Source of the DNA: Phaeosaccion multiseriatum
Lineage: Eukaryota > Protista > Ochrophyta, other classes
Direction: 5' to 3'
Assembly (NCBI GenBank): GCA_965112735.1
Contig: OZ218953.1
Location: 1,364,001-1,428,000 of the forward strand
DNA length: 64,000 nt
The notes beneath the pieces are model-generated. The model ran no database searches, was not told the origin of the DNA, and saw nothing but the letters and a program-made list of their open reading frames with translations. A program made the position numbers and the translations under genes. Position 1 is the stretch's first letter, and the number at the start of each line of letters is the position of its first letter. Positions 36,019 to 49,355 of the stretch are shown here, in pieces.

Positions 36019-38105
36019 TTGAGGCAACAAGAAAAGGACCGCGGTTGGAGCCAGAGAACGGATCAGCGTGGTGAGGGGGATAGCAAGGGTCGAAGAAAGT
36101 TTAGGAGAGGGTGCGACACGACTATGGATCCAGAGCCGGCTCGCCCGACAGGACAAAGAAACAGGTGGGGCATCGGAGGTTAAGTAGCAAGATCCTGACG
36201 GTTACACTGCTACAGTAGTGGTGATTCACGCACCTTCTCAGTCTCCTCCACGATGCCCCTTTCCCTCTCGCTGAAGCGCATTCTCAAGTCCTGACTGCTG
36301 TCAGCAGACGCCGCCATGTGCCGCTGGAGCTCCTGCCGCATGCCTGAGCAGAGAGAAAAAGAAGGAAGAAGAAGAAGAAGAAGAAGAAGAAGAAGAAGAA
36401 GAAGAAGAAGAAGGAGAAGAAGAAGAAGAAGAAGAAGAAGAAGAAGAAGAAGAAGAACAACAACAAAAAGAGGAAGTCCAATGAGATTCGTGCCTGCTCG
36501 GCATCGAACACGTGTATAGAGAGAAAAGCAGGTAGGTGGAGGGGAGGTAGGCAGGCAAGGGAAGTTACAAGCTTACGTACCTGTCATGTGCGTGTGGTTC
36601 TCCTGTCGAGAGTTGCCGAGTTGCTCTTTCAGAGCCTTGATCTCCTCGTGCTGCGCCTGGAGGGCATTCAGCACCATAAACGGGGTCACCTCGCCCGTGC
36701 TGCTTGCCCCCAGCAGGGACGACAAGGGCTCCGTGGAGAGGATGGGAGAGCGAGGGCCAAACGTCTCCTCCCACTTGCCAGACACGCTGCTAGAGCTGGA
36801 GGCTTCGTTCTTTGTCTGCCGTCGCTCCTCCTCCAGAGAGCCCAGCTGCGTTTGAATCTCTTTGGACATTGCAAACACATACCTGTGTGCAGGCCCCATT
36901 TGATGTGGAAAGGGGCGAGTGAGATAGAAGGTAAAGGGCTTGTTACAAAAATACAATAGGAGGAGGGACTTTTGTGTTCCACAATTGGGTCATCGTCAAG
37001 CCAGGTGCAGAGTGTTGACCTCTTGTGAGATGATGGAGTGAGCTCTGAGAGCCGCATCGACTTCTTGGCCAATCTGAAACTGAAACTGATACTGAAACGG
37101 GGGAGCGAGAGGGGTGGACAAGAGGAGCGGGCTTAGACCTACCTTGCAGCCGCCGAATTTGAGGCGTATTCCCCCCCACATTTAGCCTCGTAGTGCTGGC
37201 AGATATTGCCAATATTTTGAATGGCAGAGGACGCAGGAAAGTCTCGAAGCGAAAGGCCTGAGCTCACTCCAGGAGGACCAGTCCTGCCGAGGGAAGAAGG
37301 AAGAGAGATGAGAGGGGAGGGGAGGAGAAGGTAGTGAGGGTGATGATGGGGAATTATTAAGCGGTACGGTTGTAGACATCGCTCCGAAGATGAGCTTGAG
37401 AGGAGTAAGGACGCTCGCATCTACTGTACACACATCCACGCCGTCAGAGAAGAGCGACAGGACCAAGACTCGAGTATGGTGCAAGCGAAAAAACTCTTTC
37501 CAAGGGAATAAATGGAGCATCATCAGAAGGTCTGTCGTGAAAGAAGACCATGAGAAATACACAAAATACTGAAAACTCCAGATGGGTGGTGAAGGAGTGA
37601 GCAGGGTGTGAGATACCAGGCGGGACAAGTCCAGGGCAGTGAAATGCGGTCAATGAGCACAAAAGACTCTCTAGCGACACATGCAGAGCAGAGTAACAGC
37701 CCGAGGGGAAAGGAGATATCTCTTGTCAAGGCGGGTGAGGGGCAGTGGGAAAAACACTGCCGTTGTGGGGAAGAACAAAGCACACTCTAACATTAAGACT
37801 GGGACTTGCCCAGGAGTAAAGACTATGACACACTCGTACCGATGGAGAGGCTCTGGCATATCCGGAGGCGTTGACCCAGGCGATCGTGTGGTGTACTTCC
37901 ATTCAGGCTGGCTGCTGGGCTGGGCATGGAAGTGGTGCGGCTGCAAAAGCGCTTGCTGCGATGGCGATTGGTTGGGCTGCTGATGCTGAGAATTCGGGCG
38001 CTGCTGTCCTTGCTCCTGCTGCTGCTGCGGTTGGCTGTCTTGCCGAAGCTGCTGCTGCTGCTGCGCTGGCTCCTGAGGGCGTTCAAAGCCTCCGTGCTGC
38101 TCCAT
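33825..38105 (-). CDS. Hypothetical multi-exon protein with central coiled coil and Q/G/H-rich low-complexity C-terminus
   Basis: Long terminal exon (>678 codons) plus upstream GT-AG-flanked exons with heptad-like segments (LQAQHEEIKALKEQL; QEKDAELNKL...). The 5' exon structure is only partly resolved. Confidence 0.7.
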
Positions 38106-38494
38106 TCGCAGCCTCGTGCTTGCCGAGGACGCTACACGGCAGGTCCCCTCCGACTTCTATGCCTTGTAAATGTAGATGGCTCCTCCTCCTCCTCGTGTGC
38201 CTTTATTACCTCATCTCGTACCGGCTGTGTAGCTCTTTTTTTTGTCGGCCACAGGACGTCTGACCCAAAACGCAAAAGTAGTGGTGCTCGACATGAGAAA
38301 TCGATACAAGATTCCTGGTGTCTTACACTTTAGGATCCTTAGCACAGCCCCCCTCCATCACCCCTTGTGCTCACGGCTTTCTTATCAGGGAAGGCCTGGA
38401 GCGTCTTTGCAAGTTTCCAAAGCTAAAGCAAAAGCTAACCCCGAGAAAAGGGAAAATATAAATATCTCTCTCCCCTTTGAGACCAGGCGAGGCG

Positions 38495-39580
38495 ATGCTC
38501 CTCCGCGGGCGTGTGCTCTCCACGCTGCGGGGCGTTGTGAGTAGCACCAGCATTAGCAGTAGCAGTGGGAGGGGAGGATGTATTTATTTCAGCAGCATGG
38601 GCAGAAGTAGCAGCAGGAGCAGCGGGGATGGCGGCAGGAATGGCAGTCATTTTGGCGGTACGACTGGCAGTAGCATCCCAGCGATGGGTGGATTGGGTGG
38701 CTCCTGTAGGCGTCGAAAGAGGGCGGACATGGGTCAGTGGAGCAGCACGCTGCGATTCAGCGCGGAAGCGGGATCACGCCACAAGCATTGCGACCACTCA
38801 CACGACGGTGGAGCGGAGCAAGAAGAGTCAAGTGCGGCGCCTGTCGAGAAGGATAGGCCATGCTGGAATTGTGGCATGGCGGTGTATTGCAGTAAGTTAT
38901 TTTGTAATTCGTGCGACTCCGTGCAGCCCATGGCAAGTACGACGAACTACTACGATGTGTTGGGCTGTCCAATGAGTGTGTGGGTGGACCAAAACGCCAT
39001 CGAGACGAGGTTCAAGACCCTACAGAAGCAGCTTCACCCAGTGAGTCTCTCTCTCTGTCACATGTTGCGCCGACCACGTCCTTCAATCAATCACTCGCGC
39101 CTCCCTCATTCCGCTCCCCTCCCTCCTTCTCTGCGCACCCTGACGTACCAGGACCTGCATAGCAGGAAGAGTGAGGAGGACCGAGCGCTGTCTACAGCCA
39201 ACTCCGCCGTGGTCAATCAGGCCTATCAAACTCTCAAGGACCCGCTAGAGCGCGTGAGGCACTTACTGAAGCTTATTGGAATCACCGCTCTGGAGGAAGA
39301 CAGCAGAGAGACAGTGGACGGGGCCTTTCTCATGCAGGTGATGGAGACGAGGGAAGAGCTCGAACAGGAGGACGTTACTGCGGAACAAGTGGAGGACATT
39401 CTGACTTGTAATGGCCATGAGATCAAGGCGTGTCTGAAGGATCTGGAGGACAATCTCACGCGCGGCAACGTGGACAACATAACCAAAGCCGCCATTCGCT
39501 TGCAGTACCTCTCGAAAATCAGGGAGGAGGCGGAGAGAGTGCGCACCGTGCTCAGGGACGCCGCTGAGCGGAGTATGTGA
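38495..39580 (+). CDS. HSCB: Mitochondrial Fe-S co-chaperone HscB/Hsc20
   Basis: Arg/Ser-rich presequence; CWNC...FCNSC..VQP zinc motif; J-domain HP|D split by intron 39041-39151; NQAYQTLKDPLER; FLMQVME. Confidence 0.93.
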   Translation: MLLRGRVLSTLRGVVSSTSISSSSGRGGCIYFSSMGRSSSRSSGDGGRNGSHFGGTTGSSIPAMGGLGGSCRRRKRADMGQWSSTLRFSAEAGSRHKHCDHSHDGGAEQEESSAAPVEKDRPCWNCGMAVYCSKLFCNSCDSVQPMASTTNYYDVLGCPMSVWVDQNAIETRFKTLQKQLHPVSLSLCHMLRRPRPSINHSRLPHSAPLPPSLRTLTYQDLHSRKSEEDRALSTANSAVVNQAYQTLKDPLERVRHLLKLIGITALEEDSRETVDGAFLMQVMETREELEQEDVTAEQVEDILTCNGHEIKACLKDLEDNLTRGNVDNITKAAIRLQYLSKIREEAERVRTVLRDAAERSM

Positions 39581-39863
39581 ATATACCAATAATGATAGGC
39601 AAAGAGGGTCGAGTCTCCCCGCCCTTCCTTCCCTCTACGATGAGATTTGAGTACAATATCGCCCGTCTCGGGGGTTTGTGGCGGTGCAGTAGTGTCCAGG
39701 CAAGGGAGGCTTTGAGGAGCCCACCAGTGTATTTGTCCTTTAGGGAGTCGTATGCTTATGGCAGCCACTGGATGCGCATCAGCGGCTCCCGATACTTCAT
39801 CAATCACATACAGAAAGCCACGAGCGAAGGCCACCCACCGACCACCAGCTCACGTGCCTCCCT

Positions 39864-40832
39864 CTATCTCAGACGCCTTGCCTCTCGCTCCCACTCCAGC
39901 AAGCACAGAATGTCTCCCTCGCGGACGGGGCCCTTGACGTTTCGGATGATGGATCGAGACGGGTCATCGATGAACTCAACGCGGACCTGCGTGACGTTTC
40001 CTGTGTTACCAGTGCGCCCCAGCACTCGGTTCACCTTCGCCAGCTTCATCCCGCCTTGTGCGTCCTGGAGTGGAGTGGAAGGGGGCAATCATGGTTCATT
40101 GAAGGAAAGGGAGGCAAAGAAAGGGAGAGGGAGAGGGAGAGGGGGTGTGTAAGCAGGGAGCAGGTGTAGGAGTATGTGGATGTGCTCGGAGAAGGTCCCT
40201 GCCCTCAAAAACATTTCTCGGAGAGGAAGGAGGGAGTTGCTGCTGCTGCTGCTGCTGCTGCTGCTCCTGCTGGACCAGCACCTCTCCAACAATCTCCGCC
40301 GCTCGAGACAGCTCAGATCCCCCCTACGGGCAAGATGAGCGACCAGACGCCTCCTCCAGTGGCCGCATTTGGCAAGTATTTTGCGGCTCTCTCTCGCAGC
40401 CCCTCTCCCCCACCGCCAACCCCAACCTCCGGAGTTGCCAAAATCATACAAATCAATTGGCCGTCCTGCGAACGCCAATTCGCACCCACTCCGAGCCGCT
40501 GCTAGAGGCTGCCCGCGCAACACAACTCTCCTCTGGGCGACCCTAAATGCCGTCAGGGTTCAGCCCCTCCAGAGTCCCCATAGTCCTCCACCTGCTCCTC
40601 TGATCCGCCTGGAGTACTCCCATCCCTCTCATTAGCCTCGTAGGAGCATCTACAGCCCCATACACGCCAGTGCTGCACGCACACAAGGCGCTGCGCTGCT
40701 AAAGCACAGAGAGCACCAACTCCCACAGCAAGAGGGACTTTGAGTGGGCGAGGAGTACACGAGCGAGAAAAAGAAAGCGGCAGCAGCAGGAACAGCAATA
40801 GCTGCAGGAGCAGTAGCACGACCACGTACCAT
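39864..40832 (-). CDS. RPS28: 40S ribosomal protein S28
   Basis: ATG-only coding exon (40832-40830, AAACATG|gtacgt), intron 40829-40065, exon 2 [19 protein letters not shown]...[26 protein letters not shown]. Confidence 0.95.
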
Positions 40833-41068
40833 GTTTAGTATGCAAGAAGAACGAAGCCGCCTTCAAGAGTGGTGAGATGGACAAGCCTGTGCCAAGCCCC
40901 AGCCGACCAAGTCGCGATCCCCCGGGGTTTTTCCAATCCCAGGTGGGTTGATTTAGCCCTCGAGCAGAGACGAGCTGGAGTAAGCTTTTCCCTGCCCTAG
41001 CTGTGGTGAAAGAACAAGATTGCTGAGGAGGGTACATTGGAGTCTGGGCCGCCTCGTCGTGTGGCAAC

Positions 41069-42232
41069 ATGGAGGTGGAAGCGGATACGACCCGTATCTA
41101 CATGAACGAGCGGTAAGTGCCCTTGCGGACACCAGCACCTATAGCAGCGGCTGGGGGGGAGAAGCAGTGAGAGACCAGCAAGCGCAGGGAATCTGTCAAG
41201 CTTGGACTCTTGGTCACGAAGTTGGCTTGCGGGCGTGGTTCTCACTTAATTCCGCTCCCTTTTGTCCCTCCTCCGCTCTCTACTTCTCCCACTGGCCCAT
41301 CCCTCGTATTGGCCTCTCTCCACAGCGAGAAGCTGGACTGCCGCTTCTATGAGCAGCAGTACCCGGAGATTGAGGATGTGGTGATGGTCAATGTGCGCAA
41401 TATTCAGGACATGGGGGCGTATGTGGTGTTACTCGAGTACAATTTCATCGAGGGAATGATCTTGCTGTCCGAGCTGTCACGACGGCGTATCCGATCAATC
41501 AACAAGCATCTCCGAATCAATAGGAACGAGGTGGCCATGGTGCTGCGTGTGGACAAGGAGAAGGGGTACATTGACTTATCCAAGAGGCGGGTCAGCCCAG
41601 AGGACGTGGCAAAGTGCGAGGACAAGTACAACAAGGCCAAGCAAGTGCACAGTGTGTTGCACTACGTAGCGCAGAAGCGAGGATTGATTTTGGAGGATTT
41701 GTACAAAGCTGTGGGCTGGCCGCTATACCGGAAATATGGACACGCGTACGACGCGTTTAAGCTGTCTATGCAAGAGGACAATGAGGACGATGTGTTTGAG
41801 GGGCTGGACGTGGATGAGGATACCAAGGCCCTGCTCCTGGTGTACATTAAGCGCCGCCTGGCCCCACAGCCCATCAAGGTCCGCTCTGATATCGACGTGA
41901 CGTGCTACTCCTACGAAGGCGTGGACGCCATTAAGGAGGCGCTGGCGGCTGGGGTGGAGCTCGGGACCAAGGACATGCCAGTGCGGATTAAGCTCATCGC
42001 TCCGCCGCGGTACGTGATGGACACAGTCACGTTGGACAAAGAGGCGGGCAAGGTGAGGCTGCAGGCCGCCATCGATAGGATCACCACCGTAATACAGGAG
42101 AAGGGGGGCAAGATCGAGGTCAAGATGGCCCCCAAGGCGGTGTCGCAGAGGGAAGAGTCGGAGCTGCAGGCCATGATGGAGAGGTTAGCGCTGGAGAACG
42201 AGGAGGTGGACGGAGACAACGAAGAGGACTGA
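41069..42232 (+). CDS. EIF2S1: Translation initiation factor eIF2 alpha
   Basis: CRFYEQQYPEIEDVVMV, EGMILLSELSRRRIRS (Ser51 site), VDKEKGYIDLSKRRV, IKLIAPP; intron 41113-41325; start at 41069 or 41102. Confidence 0.96.
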
Positions 42233-42561
42233 GGAGGGGAAGGCGCCCCGCTTAATGGGTAGATATTGAACTATATACACGTATGTATCCAAGTGAGCGA
42301 GCGATCGAGCTCCATGTGTCCTTTTGCTTGCCCTCCTTGTGCTTGTGGATAGGAAGTCTCGAGGTGGCGTTTCCCCATCATATGCCGCCGCCCTCCCCTA
42401 CAAGGAAGTACATGTAGCACAAAGAAATGATACGACCTTACGTAACGGCACCATAGGTACGTTAGTTTCATTTTCAGTTTGTTGGACCTCGGTCGGGGAA
42501 CTGTTAAGGTGGTTAGAGGAGGAGATAACGCACCGCAAGCAGCAGGAGGGTGCTGGATAGA

Positions 42562-45500
42562 ATGGCGGCTGCAGCAGTAGCAATGATGGTGTCCCCTGAG
42601 CAGCCAGCAGAGGCTTCAACGTCAACAGGTAAGGGCCTCCACGGAGCCATCCCCAGAGACGTGTAGAGAACATCTCGTGAGCCCTTTCCCTTTGCGCCCT
42701 TGCTACCGTTCCCCACAGCGGCCGGGTTGCTGGCCCTGCTGGAGGAGGAGGAGGAGGAGCTTCGCTCGTATGCTCTGACTAAGCTTCATGAGGTGGTGGA
42801 CCAGTACTGGGCCGAGGTGTCTTCTGCTCTGCCCCTGATTGAGGAGCTGTCGGAGGATGATACCTTCCCTTCGCAGGACCTCGCGGCAGCTGTGGCGAGC
42901 AAGGTGCGATTGGAACGCAGAGTGGCCTTCCCAGCGCGGGAAATGATGCCGCTCTTTCTCCCATCGTGCTGCTACTCATCCTGCTTCTCCTCTTCCTCCC
43001 CCTCCTGCTCCTCCTCCAAAAGGTTTTCTTCCACCTCGAGGAGTACAACGACGCGCTCCGCCTGGCCTTGAGCGCAGGAGAGTACTTTGACGTGTCCTCC
43101 AAGACAGAATACGTGGGCACCATGGTCAGCAGGTGCATTGATGAGTACACGGCTCTGCGCGTCAAAAACGCCAGCGCTGTTGGAGAGGAGGCCGTCAGCC
43201 CCATCGACCCCCGCATGGAGGCAGTGGTAGAGCGCATGTTTGAGCGGTGCTACAGCGATCAGGAGTACACACAGGTTGGTTAGAGACCACGATCATGATC
43301 ACGGCGGGTGTGACACTTCGCTTCCTTGTCTGGTGTGCCCGTTTTTTCAGGTCCGGTGGTGCCGTTTACTATTCATGTCTTTCCCCGGTGTAGTCAACTT
43401 GCCTTCCATCATTAAGAGCCCCCTATCTCTCCATGGCCTCTATTCTTCTCCAGGCCATGGGCATTGCCCTTGAGTCGCTCCGCCTCGACAGGGTGGAGGA
43501 GACACTCAAGAGGGCTGAGGACGCGCCCAAGCTGCTACTGTACACCATGAACGTGTGCCAGACGCTTGTCGCCTCCAAGCAGACCAGAGACAAGGTGTGT
43601 GTGTATGTGTGTGCGTGCGTGCGTCTTTGTGGGCGCGCGCGTGTGTGTGGGAGGGTTGCCGCCGCATTCCCTTCCACGCATGCACCTCCACTGACTCCCC
43701 CCTGCCTGCCTTGCCTGTCCCCCCCCCCCAGGTCCTTCGTGTTCTAGTGCAGCAGCATCGCCTGCAGGCCAAAGTGGACCACGCGGCGGTATGCGTGTGC
43801 CTGCAGTTCCTCAACGAGCCCCGCCTCGTCATGGAGATCCTCGCGTCCATTCTCAGGGAGTCACAAGAGGACGCCCTCTTGGCGTATCAGGTGCGTGTGA
43901 AAGGACGCGCTGCGCACATACTACTACTACTACTACTACTACGCCCCTTTCGGCATTTATTTTTGCTCCGTGCTCCGTGCTAAACTGCCCTTCTCGTGTA
44001 CACGTGTGCCTTTGTGCCCGTCCGTGTGTGTTGTGTGTGTTTGTTTTCTGTGCTTAAAAACTGCTGTAGATTGCCTTCGATCTCGTGGAGTCTGAGAACC
44101 AAAAGTTTATGATAGATGTGGCCTCGGCCTTGCCCAAGAAGAAGTCTAAGGAAGCAGCTACAGAGGAGCCTGCTGCTGATGCTGCTCCTGCCGAGTCCAC
44201 GGGCGAGGAAGGGGAGGGGGGCGGCGAGAAGGTGGAGGCGAAGGAGGAGAGCGATGGGGCTGAGGAGGAAAGTGAAGAGTTCTGGTCGCGAATCGCAAAA
44301 CTCCGCCTGGTGAGTGAGTGAGAGGTGGTGCAAGGGGCGAAAAGAAGAACGAGACGACTACATGAATGAATGAACAATGCCTCGCAGCGTCCGTCATCCG
44401 GTGCCCTCCTTTGGCCCATTCTTGGGCGGTTCGATTCTCCTTCCTTCCCTACTTTCTCGGTTACCACCTGTACTGTCTGTATCTATGTGTGTCTGTGTCT
44501 GACTATCTGTCTGACTACCTCTCTCTGTGTGTGTGTGTATGTATGTCTCCCGTCCCGTGGCAGGTGTTGGTGGGTGGCTTCAGCCAGGATCTGTCCCTCA
44601 GCTTCATGCACCGGGCCTGCGAGACGGACCTACTCATCCTCAAGAACTTGAAAGCCGCCGTGGAGAGCCGCTACAGGTGTGTACGTGTCTGTGCGCGTGC
44701 GTGCGTGTGTGTGTAATGCAGGCTGCCTTGTCTGGAGTGCCTTTGTTACACCCTAAACCGTAAACCTTGCCGTTTCTTTTTCTTTGTGTTGTTTTCGTGT
44801 GTTTACGACTTACCGCTCCCCCTCCTGCTCTCCCGTGTCCCCCACCTTCGCCTCTTCCCCTCCCTGCCCTCCCCCCTCCCCCCCCCTTCGCGATTCCCCA
44901 CCCCCTCGCAGCGTCCTACACAATGCCACTGTGGTGACCCACGGCTTTATGAATGCAGGCACCACACGAGACGGCTTCCTCCGCGACAACCTCGAGTGGA
45001 TGGGCAGGGCAAACAATTGGGCCAAGTTCACTGCCACCGCCAGCATCGGGGCTGTGCACAAGGTGCGGCTTCAGTTTCAGTCTTCGTTTCTGTTCCAGTT
45101 TCAGTGATTTTGACCTTCGCCGCCAGTATCGAGCATCTTGACATCCGTAAATATCGATTATCGAGCGTCTTGTGCAGCGGTTGATTGATTATTCGGAGCG
45201 TCCACCACAGCGTCATAGTTGTTTGTCCGCTCCGTCCGGCATGTTGCCTCCTCCCTCACCTTCACGCCTTAAACCTCTCTTGCTTGCCTGTCTGCCGGCC
45301 TGCCTGCCTTCCCTGCCCCTGAAACACCACGTACATCACCGCATGGCATCACAAATGACATCGTCGTCGTCGTCATCATCCACTTGTGAATTTAAAGGGA
45401 CACGTGAAAGAGTCCATGAACCTGCTGCAGCCCTACCTGCCCGCCGGTGGAGTGAGTGCCAGTCCCTTCAGTGAGGGCGGTGCGCTGTATGCGCTCGGCC

Positions 45501-48442
45501 TTATCCACGCCAACCGCGGCAACGCACCCGCAGAGGGAGGAGCAGGAGCAGCAGCAGCAGAAGGAGGAGGAGGAGGAGCAGAAGGACCGGCAGCAGCAGT
45601 AGCAGCACTAGGAGCAGGAGGAGCAGGAGCAGCAGCGGCGGGCGGGGCTACCGACGTCCTTCCCTACCTCTCCGGTGCGCTGAGAGACGCGGGCGCAAAC
45701 GAAGCCGTACAACACGGGGCTTGCTTGGGCCTGGGCCTCGCTGCGATGGCAACTCACAGCGAGGAGCTGTACGAGTCCATGAAAAATACGCTCTACTCCG
45801 ATAGCGCCGTCTCCGGAGAGGCCGCGGCACTGGGCATTGGCCTGGTGATGCTCGGTTGCGGCACCAAGACCCCGGTGGGGGAGGCGGCGGTCCGGGACAT
45901 GCTGACCTACGCACACGACACGTCGCACGAGAAGATTATTCGAGGCCTCACCCTCGGCATTGCGCTGGCCATGTATGGGCAGGTAAGTTTCATGCCCGTG
46001 GGTGCGTGCGTGCGTGCGTGGGTTAATGCATGCCTTCAACTGAATGGGGACAGGACCTGTTTGCCTTCGCCTTCCACGATGGGATGGAGGAACCGCCCCC
46101 CCCTTTCTGAACATTACGTGTTGCGTTCTCGACTGTATACACACACGTACACACGAGAGCGAGAGAGAGTCAGACTCGTCTCTTTCCTCTTGTCACAGCT
46201 TTTTGTCCTTATCCTTGTCGTTGGCCTTGCCTTGCTCTTTTGTCTTGGTGTGTTGCAGGAGGAGGCAGCGGACAGCATGATCGAGCAGCTCGCCCGCGAC
46301 AGAGACCCCATCCTGCGCTACGGAGCGTGCTACACCGTGGGACTGGCCTACTGTGGCACCGGCAACAACAAGGCCGTGAGGAGGCTGCTGCACGTGGCTG
46401 TGAGTGACGTCAGCGATGACGTCAGGCTTGCTGCCGTCACCAACCTGGGCTTCTTGCTCTTCCGGACCCCGGAGCAAGTAAGTGTGGAGGAAGAGGAGCA
46501 AGAGGAGGAGGAGGAGGAGGGGGAGTGGATGAGCGCAATTTCCTCTTTGTCGTTCTTTCCCTTTGTCTCTACGTACTTTGCGCAATACTTTCTGCTGCGG
46601 CTTTTGGTCACATTCGTCTTTTGTTTTGTTGCCTCTACCTGGCGTTCGTTCACTTCACGTCACTTTGCTCACCTTTCCCCTCCCCTCTCTCATCTCTCAC
46701 CACTTTTAACTTATTAATGAACAGGTGCCTCGGTTGGTGTCCCTGCTGGCGGAGAGCTTCAATGCGCACGTGCGCTACGGCTCGTGCATGGCCATTGGCA
46801 TCTCTTGCGCAGGCACGGGTAGCAAGGAGGCGCTCGAAGTGCTTGAGCCCATGACACAAGACGCCGTGGACTTTGTTAGACAGGTAGGAAGGGGAGGAGG
46901 AGGAGGGGGGGGGGGGGGGCTGTTTCGACTTGGATGGATGGAGGAGGATGTGAAATCGTCACCGCCACTCATGCACACACACACACACGCACACACACGT
47001 ACACACACACACATATATATATATATACATACGCACACATGACAGGGTGCAATGATCGCCATGGCCATGGTGCTCATCCAGCAGAGCGACGCAGGGCCCG
47101 CGGCTAGCGGCAATGGCACAGGAGGAGGCTCCAACGGCTCGGGGAGGGCGGTGGGGAGCAAGGCGAAGGCCTTCCGTGCCAAGCTTGCGTCCATTGCAAA
47201 GGACAAGCATCAGAGCACGATGACCAAGATGGGGGCCATTCTCGCGGCGGGGATTTTGGATGCGGGGGGCAGGAATGTGACCATTTCGATGCAGAGCCGG
47301 GCGGGCTTCACAAAGATGGGTGCGGTGGTGGGCATGGCTATCTTCTGCCAGTACTGGTACTGGTACCCGCTCATGCACTTCCTCACGCTGAGCTTTACCC
47401 CCACCATGCTGGTCGGCTTGAACAAGTGAGTAGGGGTTTGATTGTCAGTGGGGGTGGGGAGTTGGACATTGCGAGTTGTGCTTCATCTCTCTTTTCTCTC
47501 TCTCTCTCTCCTTCCCTCGCCTCACCTTTCTCCCCGGAAGATGAATGAATTCACGAAAATCAATGCTGTTACTGACTTCCTCTCACCACAAACACACATT
47601 CACAAACACAGAGACCTCAAGATCCCGGAGAGCTTCAAGGTGACGTGCAGCTCGCGGCCCAGCCAGTTCGCCTACCCCAAGAAGCTCGAGGAAAAGAAGG
47701 AGGAGAAGAAGGAGAGGGTCACCACTGTGGCACTGTCCACCACTGCCAAGGCCAAGGCCCGTGAGGCTCGTAAGGAGCTTGCCAAGGCCAAGGAGGGCGG
47801 CGGAGCCGTGGAGGGGGGTGACGCTCCCACAGCAGGGGCGGCAGCAGTGCCAGCGGAAGAGGGGGCCCCGGCCGAGGGAGGCGAAGAGGCGAAGGTAAAG
47901 AGGGGGATGGGAGGGTAGGGTAAGGGCGGGGGATGGCAGTGGATGGCAGGAGATGGGTCGTGTGGTGGTGCTCAAACTAGTGCCGCTGTCTGCCACTGTT
48001 TGAATTCGATGAATGAAGTGATTGGAATGAACTGAAGTGGTCTGTGATAAGCTTTGCGAAGTGTTGCATTGACTGAGTTATCTTCTTATCATCTTACGTG
48101 TTGTGGTCTCCCCCCCCCGATCAGGTGGAGCCCAAGAAGGCAAGGCGCAAGCCCGAGCCCGAGAGCTTCACGGTGGACAACCTGACGCGTGTCTCGCCCT
48201 TGCAAGAGGCATTTATACTCGTGCCCGACGACCAGCGGTACACACCCGTGAGCTCTCGCATGGGGGGCGGCGTGGTGATGCTGGTGGATAAGCAGCCCGA
48301 GGAGCCGGACGATGGGTGCAAGGCGCTGGAGGTGCCCGGCGGGGCGGAGGAGGAGGAGGAGGCCGATCCGCCAGAGCCGTTCGAGTGGACTCCTCCGCCT
48401 GTTGCTGCTGCTGCTTCGGAGGCGGCATCGGAGAGCAGCTAG
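42562..48442 (+). CDS. RPN2: 26S proteasome regulatory subunit RPN2/PSMD1
   Basis: [83 protein letters not shown]; many GT-AG introns. Confidence 0.96.
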
Positions 48443-49355
48443 ACAGCGGGATTATGACGGCGCGGTTTGGGTGGTTGGTCGGCTGGTTGGCTGGATGGTT
48501 GGTTGACTAGTTGGTTGTTGACTGGCTGGGTGGCTGGCTCATTGTTCGGCCAGGAGGATTTGCGTCTTTGTCGAACCTCTGGGCTGTAAGCTGTGGGTGT
48601 GGGGGAGAAGGGGGACAAACGCACTTGCTTGCGCGATACATCGGCGACGGGAGAACAAATACTAAGCAAACTGTCTTTCTAAGATTTAGTCGTAAGAGTA
48701 CTCGCTCACCTCCGAGACGCCTAAAAGGCGATTGGCGTACCGCAGTGCCACTAACGCGACCAAAGATTCTGAGGGTCTTGTTGCACTCCCCTTACCCACC
48801 CCTACCTGGGACGCGGAACCCGAAAGACTGCTGACCTCGGCGATAGAGGCACTTTAGGGGGGAGGTGCTGCAAGGCACCCTTATGTAAGACCCACATGGC
48901 GCTTACGTAAGGAACAGGAGTTTCAGTTAGGCCTCCACACGCTGCACGGCCATAGAACTGAACTTGATAGAGGTTGCAGGAGGCAACGATGCCGGCATTT
49001 GACTTGTCTCGACGAGGGCAACACGATGCGCATGTTCCAGCCGGCTAAAACAGTACTTTGGGGTGGAAGGGGGGGTCGTTTGGGTGTCTTTGGAGGTGAG
49101 TGATGAGTGATCATGTCAATCATGGGGGATCGAGGGGGAGGAAAAAAAAAGGGTTTCAGTTCAGTTCATGACAGTTACACCTGCTGGGTGCCTCCACGAG
49201 CCCAGACGAGGAGCAATCAATCAATACGATATATTGTAGGCGAAGGAGGGGGGGCGCACAAGTGCGCTGTGAAGGAGCAAGTGGATAGGGGCAGCAAAGA
49301 GAGAGGAGGGAGAGAGGAGCAGCAAGGCGCGGGAGAAGGTCCCTCTAGGTTCAGC

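Noticed and set aside
40530-40612. Telomerase-template (ACCCTAAA) or SRP helix-8-like (CCAGG..GGAGCAGG) motifs in the RPS28 intron
   Set aside because: The template is too short and the SRP tetraloop and other helices are missing; likely chance matches.
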